Below are positions 52,156 through 61,216 of a stretch of DNA of 64,000 nucleotides, in pieces. The notes beneath the pieces are model-generated. The model searched no databases. It was not told the DNA's origin and saw nothing but the letters and a program-made list of their open reading frames with translations. Position 1 is the first letter of the stretch, and each line of letters starts with the position of its first letter. The position numbers and the translations under genes are program-made. The DNA is from a virus, in the IMG/VR virus record IMGVR_UViG_3300025941_000667, positions 14,218 through 78,217 of that record; one strand, written 5' to 3'.

Positions 52156-52701
52156 TTAAAGGAAGGCGTTTTGCCAAGCGTCAAGAATACTCTCACGCTT
52201 GATAGGCATACAAGGCATGTCAAACGGATAAGCGACGCCACGCTCCGAGAGCAGGCGAGCAACAGCCAACACGCATTTCTGACTGAGCCCTGCCTGAAGT
52301 AATTGCGAGGGTGAGAGATCGGCCAGGTCTCCCATTGTTTTGAGATGAGGGAATTCCCTCATGAGGCCCCACCCATAGATAGGCAAGAAAGCCGGCGGGT
52401 AGAGATCAAGCAGGATACATCGCGGATCTTCCTTCTCTCGACGGGCTTGTTCTTCTCGGGCAGCCTGCGCTGCTTCCTGCTGGCGGTAGCGCCCTCCTCC
52501 ATTCCATGAGAGCAGCTTTGTGTTGGCCTTTTTGAGGCGGTAGTCAACCTGCGCTCTTGTTAGATTCAGGCGCTTGCCAATATCCTTAATGGACAGAGCT
52601 GGATCGCCCAGTCCGTAGCGATACGCAAAGACGTACTCTTCTATGGGTAGAAGCGTAATAATCAGCAAGTGGCGGGCGTCGTCTTCGTTAAATAGCACCA
52701 T
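52156..52701 (-). CDS. Sigma70 region-4-like HTH fused to RNAP alpha-CTD-like domain (181 aa)
   Basis: EEYVFAYRYGL..SIKDIGKRLNLTRAQVDYRLKKANTKL; LKTMGDLADLSPSQLLQAGLSQKCVLAVARLLSERGV; AGGAGG RBS. Confidence 0.7.
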   Translation of the reverse strand: MVLFNEDDARHLLIITLLPIEEYVFAYRYGLGDPALSIKDIGKRLNLTRAQVDYRLKKANTKLLSWNGGGRYRQQEAAQAAREEQARREKEDPRCILLDLYPPAFLPIYGWGLMREFPHLKTMGDLADLSPSQLLQAGLSQKCVLAVARLLSERGVAYPFDMPCMPIKRESILDAWQNAFL

Positions 52702-52917
52702 AATATCCTCCTGAGTGTCTCACGGTGGAATAGACTAGTTCCCTCACTCCTGAGCCACAAGTCGGTCCTCGATCGTCCTGTCGTTGCGCCTATCGGGCTT
52801 TCGCCCGCTCACGGCGCTATTTCTGGGAACCACCAGAAGAAGACCTGCTCTTTTTTTTTGCTCAGGGTTCTTTTGTTTTTTTTTTTTTTTAAGAAAAACA
52901 ACCATACTTAAAAACGC

Positions 52918-52946
52918 TGGACATAAATTATCATTTAATATATAGT
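52918..52946 (+). promoter_or_regulatory. sigma70-type promoter, probably giving a leaderless mRNA
   Basis: TGGACA-17 nt-TATAGT; ATG lies 7 nt after the -10 and has no SD. Confidence 0.55.
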
Positions 52947-52953
52947 ATATTTT

Positions 52954-53163
52954 ATGGAAAAGAAACTACTCAATTTAGCGCAAGCCGGAAGAATTATTGG
53001 TATGACGCGGGGCGGTGTGCATGACGCAGTGAAGCGGGGCGCTCTCAAGGCCGACCGACATGGTCCCTACCCGCTTGTTTCGGAAGAAGACGCTTTACAT
53101 TATAAACAACATCGGCCAGGGGTTGGCAGGCCGAAGAAAATTCTCCAACAAAATCAACCCTAA
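52954..53163 (+). CDS. Small HTH DNA-binding protein (69 aa)
   Basis: LLNLAQAGRIIGMTRGGVHDAVKRGALKA..GRPKK. Confidence 0.75.
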   Translation: MEKKLLNLAQAGRIIGMTRGGVHDAVKRGALKADRHGPYPLVSEEDALHYKQHRPGVGRPKKILQQNQP

Positions 53164-53172
53164 ATAATTATT

Positions 53173-53213
53173 TACACAATATACTTGACATTGCTTAGTA
53201 TATTGTGTATATT
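53173..53213 (+). promoter_or_regulatory. Strong sigma70 promoter overlapped by a perfect 13-bp inverted repeat (operator)
   Basis: TTGACA 53185-53190, 17 nt, TATATT 53208-53213; arms TACACAATATACT (53173-53185) and AGTATATTGTGTA (53197-53209). Confidence 0.8.
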
Positions 53214-53375
53214 GAACATATCAAAAGAAAACAGTCACTCACCGGAACACGACGCGGTAGAAGACGAGGTCGAACCGGGTGGACACTGACAGTACCGAGA
53301 GCGGTCATGCTTTTGAGACTCAGCTTTTTCTTTATGCTTCCTCTGACGAGGGGGCAGAAAGAAGGAGAAACGAGC

Positions 53376-56300
53376 ATGGCAGAACAAACCACAAGTCAAA
53401 AAATCAAAGTACGGGCGTGTCAGATTATCTGCAAAGATCATCCTGAGTGGGGAACCTGGGGAGTGACGGAAGACCATGGTGGATACTTCGATATTTGCGC
53501 ACCACGTCGAAATCGAATCCTCGACAAATGGGAAGCTGACCACTTCTGGGAAGTCGTCGAACGCTAGCCAGAGTCCAGCCCGCGTCGCACGGGTTGGGCT
53601 ATGTTTAGTGGTACAGGAGTTATGAGGATGCGAGAAATCAACATTATTGCGGACAATGGCGGCGGGTTGACCTTACAATTGATAGATGATGACAACAACC
53701 GCTACCAGCACTATTACGACAGTCCTGGCGTGATATCCGCTGACATAAAAGAGGCGCAAACGAATAACAATTTTGCGGCCTGGGACGGTAATGAGGCAGA
53801 AGACGAGGACGGAAACGACTTGTGGCTATATGTGGGGCAGGAGCAGATAAAAAACGGAGGCTATAGAGAGCTAACGCCGGACGACTTACTCAAGGTGAAG
53901 CTAGATGACTGCTCATGGCGCAACGTCCGCGAACTCGCAATTGCCTATCGGTCCTAAGTCTACACCCCACAGAGCCCTACGGGGCTCTGCTAACAGCAAC
54001 ACACTGACGAAGGAAAGGAGCAACGAGGATGAAACTCTACACGCTAGAAAATGCCTTGAGCGATATGGACTACACACGAATACTTATCACCGCCTACGAT
54101 CCGCTGTTTGACATCTACTGGAGCCTCACGCTGGCTGCGCAATTCTGGAGTTCGACGCAAACAGACTAACCGCTAGCCAGAGTCCACCCCGTGCGGGTCG
54201 CGGGGCGGGCTATGTTTAGTGGTAAAGGAGTATCGAGGATGAAAGGCACATACAATTTTCACGGATTTCTAGGCAAAGGGGAAAACAAGCGGGCAGCACA
54301 GGCTGATGCGCTTGAGCAGGCGGGAAATTTCCTAGAGCAGAATTTCACGCCCATCCTTCTGAGCTGGCGAGGGAATAGCTTGATTATCTGGACAACACCA
54401 CAAGGCTACTGCTCAAGTCTGTTACTCGATGGCACGAGTCCGGTTGCGTGTGCGACCATGTACGGAGCGGATCGCAGTCTGACAGAGGTTGTTGATGGCT
54501 GTAAATATCACCTCGTGCAAGTGGGATGGGTGCCGGGAGAATCCGCAGAGTGTGAGTTCCTCCCTGAGAGCTACAAGGCGGAATTTGCCAGCTGGGTGAG
54601 ATTTCAGAATGCCTACCGGCAGAGGCGGGCTGACGGAGCGACGGACCAAGAGGCGCGAGACTACGCATGGGAACGATACGCAGCCTAACCCACAACGCGC
54701 CCCCGGCTGTGCGGGGGCCACACCACAAGGAGGGAGCATCGTGTTGAGTGAAAAGAGAGCGTCGATTACTGGACCGCAGGAATCGTATCTAAAACGACTC
54801 ATTGACCAATGCTTTGCAAAGCACCGCTGGCCGAAAACAGGATTTCATTACCTTGACCGGAATCACCTTGATATTTTGTCCATGAACGAAGCAAGCCGCG
54901 CAATCAATGCGCTCAAGGAATGTCTGTCTCGTAAGGAAGACTAACCGCTCGATGGAGTCCAGCCAGCGTCTTACTGGTTGGGCTATGTTTAGTGGGTAAA
55001 GGAGTTACGAAATGACGATGTTACGATTCCCCTCTGTGGCATACGGCGAAACCAACGCGTACCTTATTGCGAAGTCCTACGACTTGGCGTCGGTCGGTAG
55101 AAATTGCCGGACAGTGGTTCCGTGGGCCAGGACATACGACACCTATGGTGATCGGGATGTGCAACACTCGCACGAATACAACATTCCAGAGGAACGACTC
55201 GTTGACTTTCTGGAGAGCCTCGGCGTGTTCTTTCTGTCAGCAAGTGAAGACGAGAAAGCCTTTGTCGCTGACTGCTGGCGCATGTATGAACAGGCATATC
55301 CAAAGGATGTGCTCTTCTATGCAGGGCTCAAGCACAACGAGAAGAAAGACCAATACTATCACCCCAGCGACTTAAAAGTGACGACGGCGTCCAGCAAGCA
55401 ATACGATAAGAGATGGTTGCTGGTCCCCAGCCGGGCAGACGGTTCCGCAGAATCTATCTTCGGGCTGATGTTCGGGCGAGACGGGCAACTCCTGCCCTCA
55501 CTCTTTGAGAGCTATCGCCTCTACTCACAGATAGGAGAGACCCTCAAAATCCTGGAAAAGTATTATGTTGACCCCTACTACTTCATTTTTCCCCAAGAAA
55601 TGGAAAAACGCGCGTACAATAACAAGTACAAATTCGAGCGTGTCTTCATGGTCGTCTCTGGCCTGATTGAGGGGTATCAACAATGGCTCTGGAGTAAGGG
55701 GGCATTGGAAAAAATGCAGGAAGAGAAAGCGGAAGAACAGCAAGCAGCCTAACCCACAACGCGCCCCCGGCTGTGCTGGGGGCCACAACACAGGGAGGAA
55801 CATCATGAACGACGACATGATCTTACGCGCGCACGGGAACGGAGTAGAAGCGTTCCATCCCACTGAGTCAGTCCATCAGCTCGAAGACGGACGATGGGGG
55901 GTCTGGGTCGAATTTACCGACGTGCCGCCCTTGCGGACCCCGTACTTTCCTTTGTCCAGGCTTTACGGGTTTCACCTCATTCGTGAAACGAAAGAGGTGC
56001 TAGAAACCTACCTCAGTGAACAGCAGCAACAATCAAAGCAGTATCTCGCTGAAGACTAACCACCCAGGGCAGGCTCCGGCCTGCCTCACACGAAGGAGGA
56101 GCGTAATGGAGCATAAACCAGTAAAGGCAGAAGAAGAAATTACACACACCGCCGTCTGCGGATTCCCACACGGGGCATGTGGGACTGCATACTATCTGTA
56201 TGTGGTTTGTGAGTGTGGAGTGAAAGAGATCGCAGAGCAGGGGGGGAATGTTTCCTCCCAATACGCAGGGGAGGAACCCTATCCTGAGAATTCCCATTTT

Positions 56301-57258
56301 GGGCGGGTGCTGACGCGAGCAGAAATACGTGAGCTGCCCCTCGTATCAGGGGGACCTCTCCACCCTGACAGCGGGTGCCCCCATGAGGGGTATCCATGTC
56401 AATTTGACGGGTGTTGTGAATGCTAACCAGCAGCAGCCCCTCCGGGGGCCTCACACGAAGGAGAAAACATCATGAAAGAACACTGTAGTAATTGCGGACA
56501 AGCTCTGAGTGAGGAGAACATCCAGTTAGCGCTCGAAGATGCTGGAGAAGATCCTCAAGAGCTCTTAACCGAGGTCTCAAGGGGGGACGGGAGAAACTGG
56601 ACAGCAACAAAGCTCGATCGGTATCGTTTTTTCTGTCCTCGCTATAGCGACGAGCGAGGCTGTCCTGGCTACAGCGAAAAAGACGGAAAGAAGATGGCGT
56701 ACTGGTCCACGAGCTAGCCCCCTAGTCCAGCCTTTACGGGGATGGAACAAAAAAGAGAAGGAGAAAATAATATGAAAACAAAGAAAACACGAGCAGAACT
56801 TGAGAATAAATATCTTGAAAAGTGGACCACAATACAGAACCGCTTAGACACAGGAGACTATGAACTTGGCTCTACGTTCCGTGAAAAAGACCACCTCAGC
56901 GTCATGGCGGAACTGCTCAAGGAAATAATCAAGGATCTCTAACTAACCACCCCGGCTCCTTCGGGAGCCTCTTTCGCTACGCCCCTTCGGAGAGAGGGGG
57001 CAGAGAGAAGGAGATGAGACGATGGAAAACAGAATCACCCACTGGACACAGCTCGCAGACGCCTCCACAAGTGCAGCGGAGATCGTAAGCGATTGGCAAT
57101 CGGAACGGCCAGGAGCGCAAGGCTTGAGTGACTTCTCTGAATGGCTCCAGGTGCGAGCGTCGCAAATTGATCCTACCACTTTTGAAGAGGTCGCAGACAA
57201 TACCAACTGGGAAGTAGTTGCTCGTCAAATTATGAAGGACGCAGAAAAGGAGGACTAA
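53376..57258 (+). CDS. Array of 11 early genes: 53376-53567, 53628-53957, 54029-54169, 54239-54688, 54741-54944, 55012-55752, 55805-56059, 56106-56426, 56472-56717, 56772-56942, 57022-57258
   Basis: Each start was re-assigned to follow an AGGAG-type RBS; products are 46-246 aa, often acidic, with no family I recognise. Confidence 0.7.
53562..55004 (+). repeat. Intergenic repeat family A (53562-53619, 54171-54230, 54946-55004; partial near 56713)
   Basis: CGCT..GAGTCCA-[stem-loop]-GGGCTATGTTTAGTGG..AGGAG. Confidence 0.85.
54680..55803 (+). repeat. Intergenic repeat family B (54680-54740, 55744-55803)
   Basis: 33 identical nt GCAGCCTAACCCACAACGCGCCCCCGGCTGTGC, then GGGGGCCAC. Confidence 0.85.
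56056..56463 (+). repeat. Intergenic repeat family D (56056-56098, 56423-56463)
   Basis: CTAACC..C(TCCG)G hairpin..CCTCACACGAAGGAG. Confidence 0.75.
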
Positions 57259-57453
57259 ATGCCCCACTTTGAACCCCAAGCCAACGGCTACGAGGAGGCG
57301 CTCATCAGGGATAGCACGGTATCCGTGATAAGCAGGCTTTATCAAAGAGAACGGCGTAAGGTCTGTAAACGCGCAAAAGCCAAGCTTTCGCGTAGCTTGG
57401 CTCTGCTCAGGGCACAGACAATTGAAGGATGAACAGACAAGGAGAAGCATAGC

Positions 57454-57720
57454 ATGACCCAACTCACAGTCAAGCTCAACAACGGCGCAAGGGTTGCCGC
57501 GAAGATGTACAAGGGACAACCCTACGCGTTGCACTATACGAACCGAACACAGGCACTACGGAAACAGCAGGAACTCGGGGCAGAGTGGGAAATTCGCCAT
57601 TGGGGCGTACCCTTTTTTGTCGTGCGCTGCCACACGGATAATTGCGGACACACCGGCGCGGCTCGTGGTCCGAGCTGCGTACTCACCTGCGCGTGTTGGT
57701 GTCACGCCGTGGAAAAGTAA
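57454..57720 (+). CDS. Hypothetical protein (88 aa)
   Basis: AAGGAG RBS. Confidence 0.55.
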   Translation: MTQLTVKLNNGARVAAKMYKGQPYALHYTNRTQALRKQQELGAEWEIRHWGVPFFVVRCHTDNCGHTGAARGPSCVLTCACWCHAVEK

Positions 57721-57912
57721 AGGAGAAAAGGACAATGCTATCAATAGCCGACTATATGATTTTCTGTATTATTGGGGGATTGTTATTTTTGGGCTTGCTA
57801 GCCATATCAACAAGTCTCAACAAAGTAGCAGGTGCGATAACTGAAACGAAGCAACCCGTGCGTAGCTGCAAACTAGGCACGGGCGTAGACCAAACGAGAC
57901 AGGAGACACAAC

Positions 57913-58377
57913 ATGGAGAATAGCATTGAAACGATTGCGAGACAAATCCTGGAGCGGATTGACAAGGAACGGAAGCTGAAGGCGCGATGTGGACTGGACG
58001 ACGATACATTGCGGGTGGCGATTGTCGGTTTTCACGGCACCACCGGAGTGGACGCAACTGTCACAAACAACGGGGAAGAGTATGGCGTGTATCTGTGCGA
58101 GCTTATTGCGTCATGCACCTGCAAAGACTATGAGCACCGCCAAAAACCCTGCAAACACGCAGCGGCGGTCTGCTATACCATCCTCGGCACAACTACCCCC
58201 GCAGCCCCAGAGACCTTTACCTGTGGCGAGAAAGTGCAGCTTCGAGGCATTTCATCACGAGTAGGCACGGTACGATGCGTCTCCGAGTTTATTAGCGTGG
58301 ATTGGCCTGCTCTGGGGCGTAGGCCGGCATGTACGAATGCGCACACGCGAGTCGAATTAGAAAGGGCGAGGCCATGA
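57913..58377 (+). CDS. SWIM zinc-finger protein (154 aa)
   Basis: CTCKDYEHRQKPCKHAAAV. Confidence 0.75.
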   Translation: MENSIETIARQILERIDKERKLKARCGLDDDTLRVAIVGFHGTTGVDATVTNNGEEYGVYLCELIASCTCKDYEHRQKPCKHAAAVCYTILGTTTPAAPETFTCGEKVQLRGISSRVGTVRCVSEFISVDWPALGRRPACTNAHTRVELERARP

Positions 58378-58546
58378 AGACTTTCATAGCCTTTTTTGCA
58401 TGTATACTCTTCGCTTTATTCTTTTTTGGGTGGGCTTTTATAGCCTCAGATTGCGAAGAGCAACTCTCTGCCCTTGCCATGGGGCTTACCTGCCTGACCC
58501 TAGGACGCGCGGTTGAATTTTTGACCTCTTAGAAAGGAAAAACACC

Positions 58547-58945
58547 ATGACCAAAATACTCCACATTACGGCAGCGGGCACTATCGTCTATGCGCTGAGA
58601 AGCGATGGTCAAGTCTTCGCCGGCGAGATCGGAGACAGCAAGTGGATTCAGATGGCGCCGATTCCCCAAGTCGACGCGCCCGAAGAGACGGAAAGCGACC
58701 CCATGATTTTCCTCCCTGATGGGCAATCCGTGCGGGCGGCAGTGGTAGCCGTTATACAGCGCCGACTAGGCGGGTATCCCCTTGCAGACGGGACGTTGCA
58801 ACTCCCCTACGTGCAGATTACGTGCAAAGGAACGGAGCAACAGCCGGGGGCAATTCTGCACGTAGACTGCGAAACCTGGGATGACACCTTGCTGCTTACT
58901 GAAACGATCAACGCCCAGCTTGGGAAACGCAGAGGAGAATCGTAA
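58547..58945 (+). CDS. Hypothetical protein (132 aa)
   Basis: AAGGA RBS. Confidence 0.55.
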   Translation: MTKILHITAAGTIVYALRSDGQVFAGEIGDSKWIQMAPIPQVDAPEETESDPMIFLPDGQSVRAAVVAVIQRRLGGYPLADGTLQLPYVQITCKGTEQQPGAILHVDCETWDDTLLLTETINAQLGKRRGES

Positions 58946-58956
58946 AGGAGAAAACA

Positions 58957-59262
58957 ATGATCAAAGTACTACGAATCACAGCAGTGATGTTGGGAATCTT
59001 GTTAAACCATACACCTCTACAAGGAGCAGAAACCGTGCATTATGGATATTATAGTCAACATGCAGCTGATCGAATACAAGGGCAAATGGCAGACGGGTCA
59101 CGCCCCCCACTATATAGCATATGGAAGACACCCGATGGTCGGGAAGTCATAACAACTGCGGTGTACGATACCCCAGATATGCAAGAAGTGAAAAGAACGT
59201 ACCGCTGGGACGATGTTATGTATGTCGGACCAGTGACAACGTGGGTGCGTAACGTACAGTAA
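58957..59262 (+). CDS. Putative exported protein (101 aa)
   Basis: MIKVLRITAVMLGILL..LQG signal-like N-terminus; AAGGAG RBS. Confidence 0.55.
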   Translation: MIKVLRITAVMLGILLNHTPLQGAETVHYGYYSQHAADRIQGQMADGSRPPLYSIWKTPDGREVITTAVYDTPDMQEVKRTYRWDDVMYVGPVTTWVRNVQ

Positions 59263-59273
59263 GGATACCCTCG

Positions 59274-59480
59274 CTAACTCTCTTCATGCCCATCGGTCGG
59301 ACTCCGGCCTTGCTGGAGTTCGGCTTCAATCATCGCCTGCCTTCTCGCATGCGCTTGCTGCTCGTAGCGCAACGCGTCCAACACGCCTTCCATCATCTTG
59401 ACTAGCGCCGCCGTAACGTGGGCGGATCTCGTCTCGTCATTCAACAAATACTGTAGTAATGCTTTTGGGTCAGCTGTCAT
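59274..59480 (-). CDS. Hypothetical protein (68 aa) co-transcribed with the repressor
   Basis: Overlaps the end of the XRE gene. Confidence 0.5.
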   Translation of the reverse strand: MTADPKALLQYLLNDETRSAHVTAALVKMMEGVLDALRYEQQAHARRQAMIEAELQQGRSPTDGHEES

Positions 59481-60012
59481 ACTCGCTATCCTCTATGGGA
59501 GAGAGGGTTTTTGGTACAGGCAACAACGGGGGAAGGGTGGGGACAGGTGGTTGAAGTTGAGAAAGAGCATGCCTCGTTTCGTTCTCCACTTGCTGCAAAT
59601 GCCGCACCGTGGCCGCTGTGGCTTCTTCTCCTGGCGTTACCGCGGGCAAGTTCACACCCTGAATTAAGAGCTCCTCGAGCGAGGCGTACAGTGGCGCGAG
59701 CGCACGATGGTGCGTGAGTAGTTCACCAAACAACGCTAACAATGCCCCCACATCAGGCGAAACCGGCGCCGCGGGAAGGGGTGTGGGCCCTGGCCGCTGC
59801 CGTTTCTTCACACTTCCATCCTCACGCAGCTTATATCCTAACTGCTCCCACAATTCCTTTTCTTGTTCGAGGTTCGGCCACTGCTTCCCTTTCTCCCAAT
59901 TCCATAAAGTCTTGAGCGAAATAGACAGCAGGCGCACGAGCTCCAAATGAAACCCTCGTTTACTTTCCGCAAGCAGTTTGCGTAACAGCGCTTTTTTGTC
60001 AACGATATTCAT
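59470..60012 (-). CDS. XRE-family HTH repressor-like protein (180 aa)
   Basis: ELVRLLSISLKTLWNWEKGKQWPN; divergent from the excisionase-like HTH gene. Confidence 0.7.
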   Translation of the reverse strand: MNIVDKKALLRKLLAESKRGFHLELVRLLSISLKTLWNWEKGKQWPNLEQEKELWEQLGYKLREDGSVKKRQRPGPTPLPAAPVSPDVGALLALFGELLTHHRALAPLYASLEELLIQGVNLPAVTPGEEATAATVRHLQQVENETRHALSQLQPPVPTLPPLLPVPKTLSPIEDSEYDS

Positions 60013-60072
60013 AAGTTAGCGGACGGCAAGAGGTTACTTGACATTTCTTGTAATTCCTTGTACGGTCATATT

Positions 60073-60303
60073 ATGCAAAGTCGGACAAAAGAGTCAAAGA
60101 CGGACAGTCTGGAACAGGCGGAAGGGGCGGTGTTTGTCACGGTGGGCGCGATCGCGGCGGCGCTGGGTTATTCGGCGCGGACAGTGCGGCGGTTGCTGGA
60201 AAAGGGGCATTTGCCGGGCCAAAAAATTGGGGCGGGATGGCGCATGCATCGTGACGACTTTGCCAAACTGACGGCGCCGCAACTGACGGATACTGCGGCC
60301 TAA
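60073..60303 (+). CDS. Excisionase/MerR-like HTH protein
   Basis: TVGAIAAALGYSARTVRRLLEKGHLPGQKIGAGWRM; TTGACA at 60038. Confidence 0.75.
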   Translation: MQSRTKESKTDSLEQAEGAVFVTVGAIAAALGYSARTVRRLLEKGHLPGQKIGAGWRMHRDDFAKLTAPQLTDTAA

Positions 60304-60340
60304 CTCTCGTATTTTATCGATAGGGTAAAGGAGTTGTCTC

Positions 60341-61216
60341 ATGTCACATTTTTCCAGTTTCTTAATGGCAGATTCGGAGTTGAAACGGGATGGGTTTCAA
60401 CATTTGGGCTATGCCTTGGATGGGGCGGATAGCGCCCAAGACACGTCGTACTGGCTGGACATTGAGGGCGAGGGCACGGTCGTTGAGGGACATGCGGAGT
60501 GGGGCAAGGATCTCTACACGCTTACGCCAGAAATGGCGGACGTGGGCTTGCTGCCGGCGTTGCTGAAGATTGTCAGAACAGAAAAACCAGGGCTTTCCCT
60601 GGAGGAGTGTACCAGTGTAGCACTGGCGCGCGCAAAACAACTTGGTTTCATTCCTATCCCTCTTCATACACAGTCATCCTCTGCGTCTGAATGTCTTGCC
60701 CCCCTAAAATAGCGTATGTACGCAGCCGTACGCAAGCGGCTGCGTAAAAAAGGAGGCGGTCGTGGCGCTTGATAACGATATTCTCTTCGACGTCTTTGGT
60801 GGGGAAGTGGTGAAGGAAGACTGCTTCGCGACGATGCGACCGATGTGCTGTGTGGGGAAACATCGGGTGGGCGGTGTGTGGCTGACCGGACAGCGTACCT
60901 ACTGCGTTGAGCATGGGATGGATGTGGTGGATGAAGTAACGGCAGTGTTGCGAGGAACTGTACAGGCGGTGGCGGTGCAGAAGGCAAAGCCGATCAAGAA
61001 GAAAAATGTGGAAGAGACGGGGGAATTGTTGTGAGGACGATCATCCTTGAGCCAGGGGAATCGCGAGCACACTACATGCTGCGCGTAGCCGCTGCCTATA
61101 TCCGGGAACATTGCCCTGAAGGGGTAATCATTTTTGATGAGGCCGAGTGTAACGGCTGGTGTGTAGCCGATAATTGTGAGAGTGCCGCGAGCGAATTGCC
61201 GGAGGAGCAACCCTAA
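60341..61216 (+). CDS. Three hypothetical middle genes (60341-60712, 60762-61034, 61031-61216)
   Basis: RBS-preceded or coupled ORFs. Confidence 0.5.

Noticed and set aside
53343-54020. CTGACGA motifs (near 53343 and 54004) as hammerhead ribozyme cores
   Set aside because: No stem II followed by GAAA and stem III could be built around them.
53562-57000. Intergenic repeats as a CRISPR array or integron attC sites
   Set aside because: The spacers are whole genes of variable length. GCCTAAC fits RYYYAAC in only two copies, a matching GTTRRRY end is not consistently present, and no cas or integron integrase gene is in the window.
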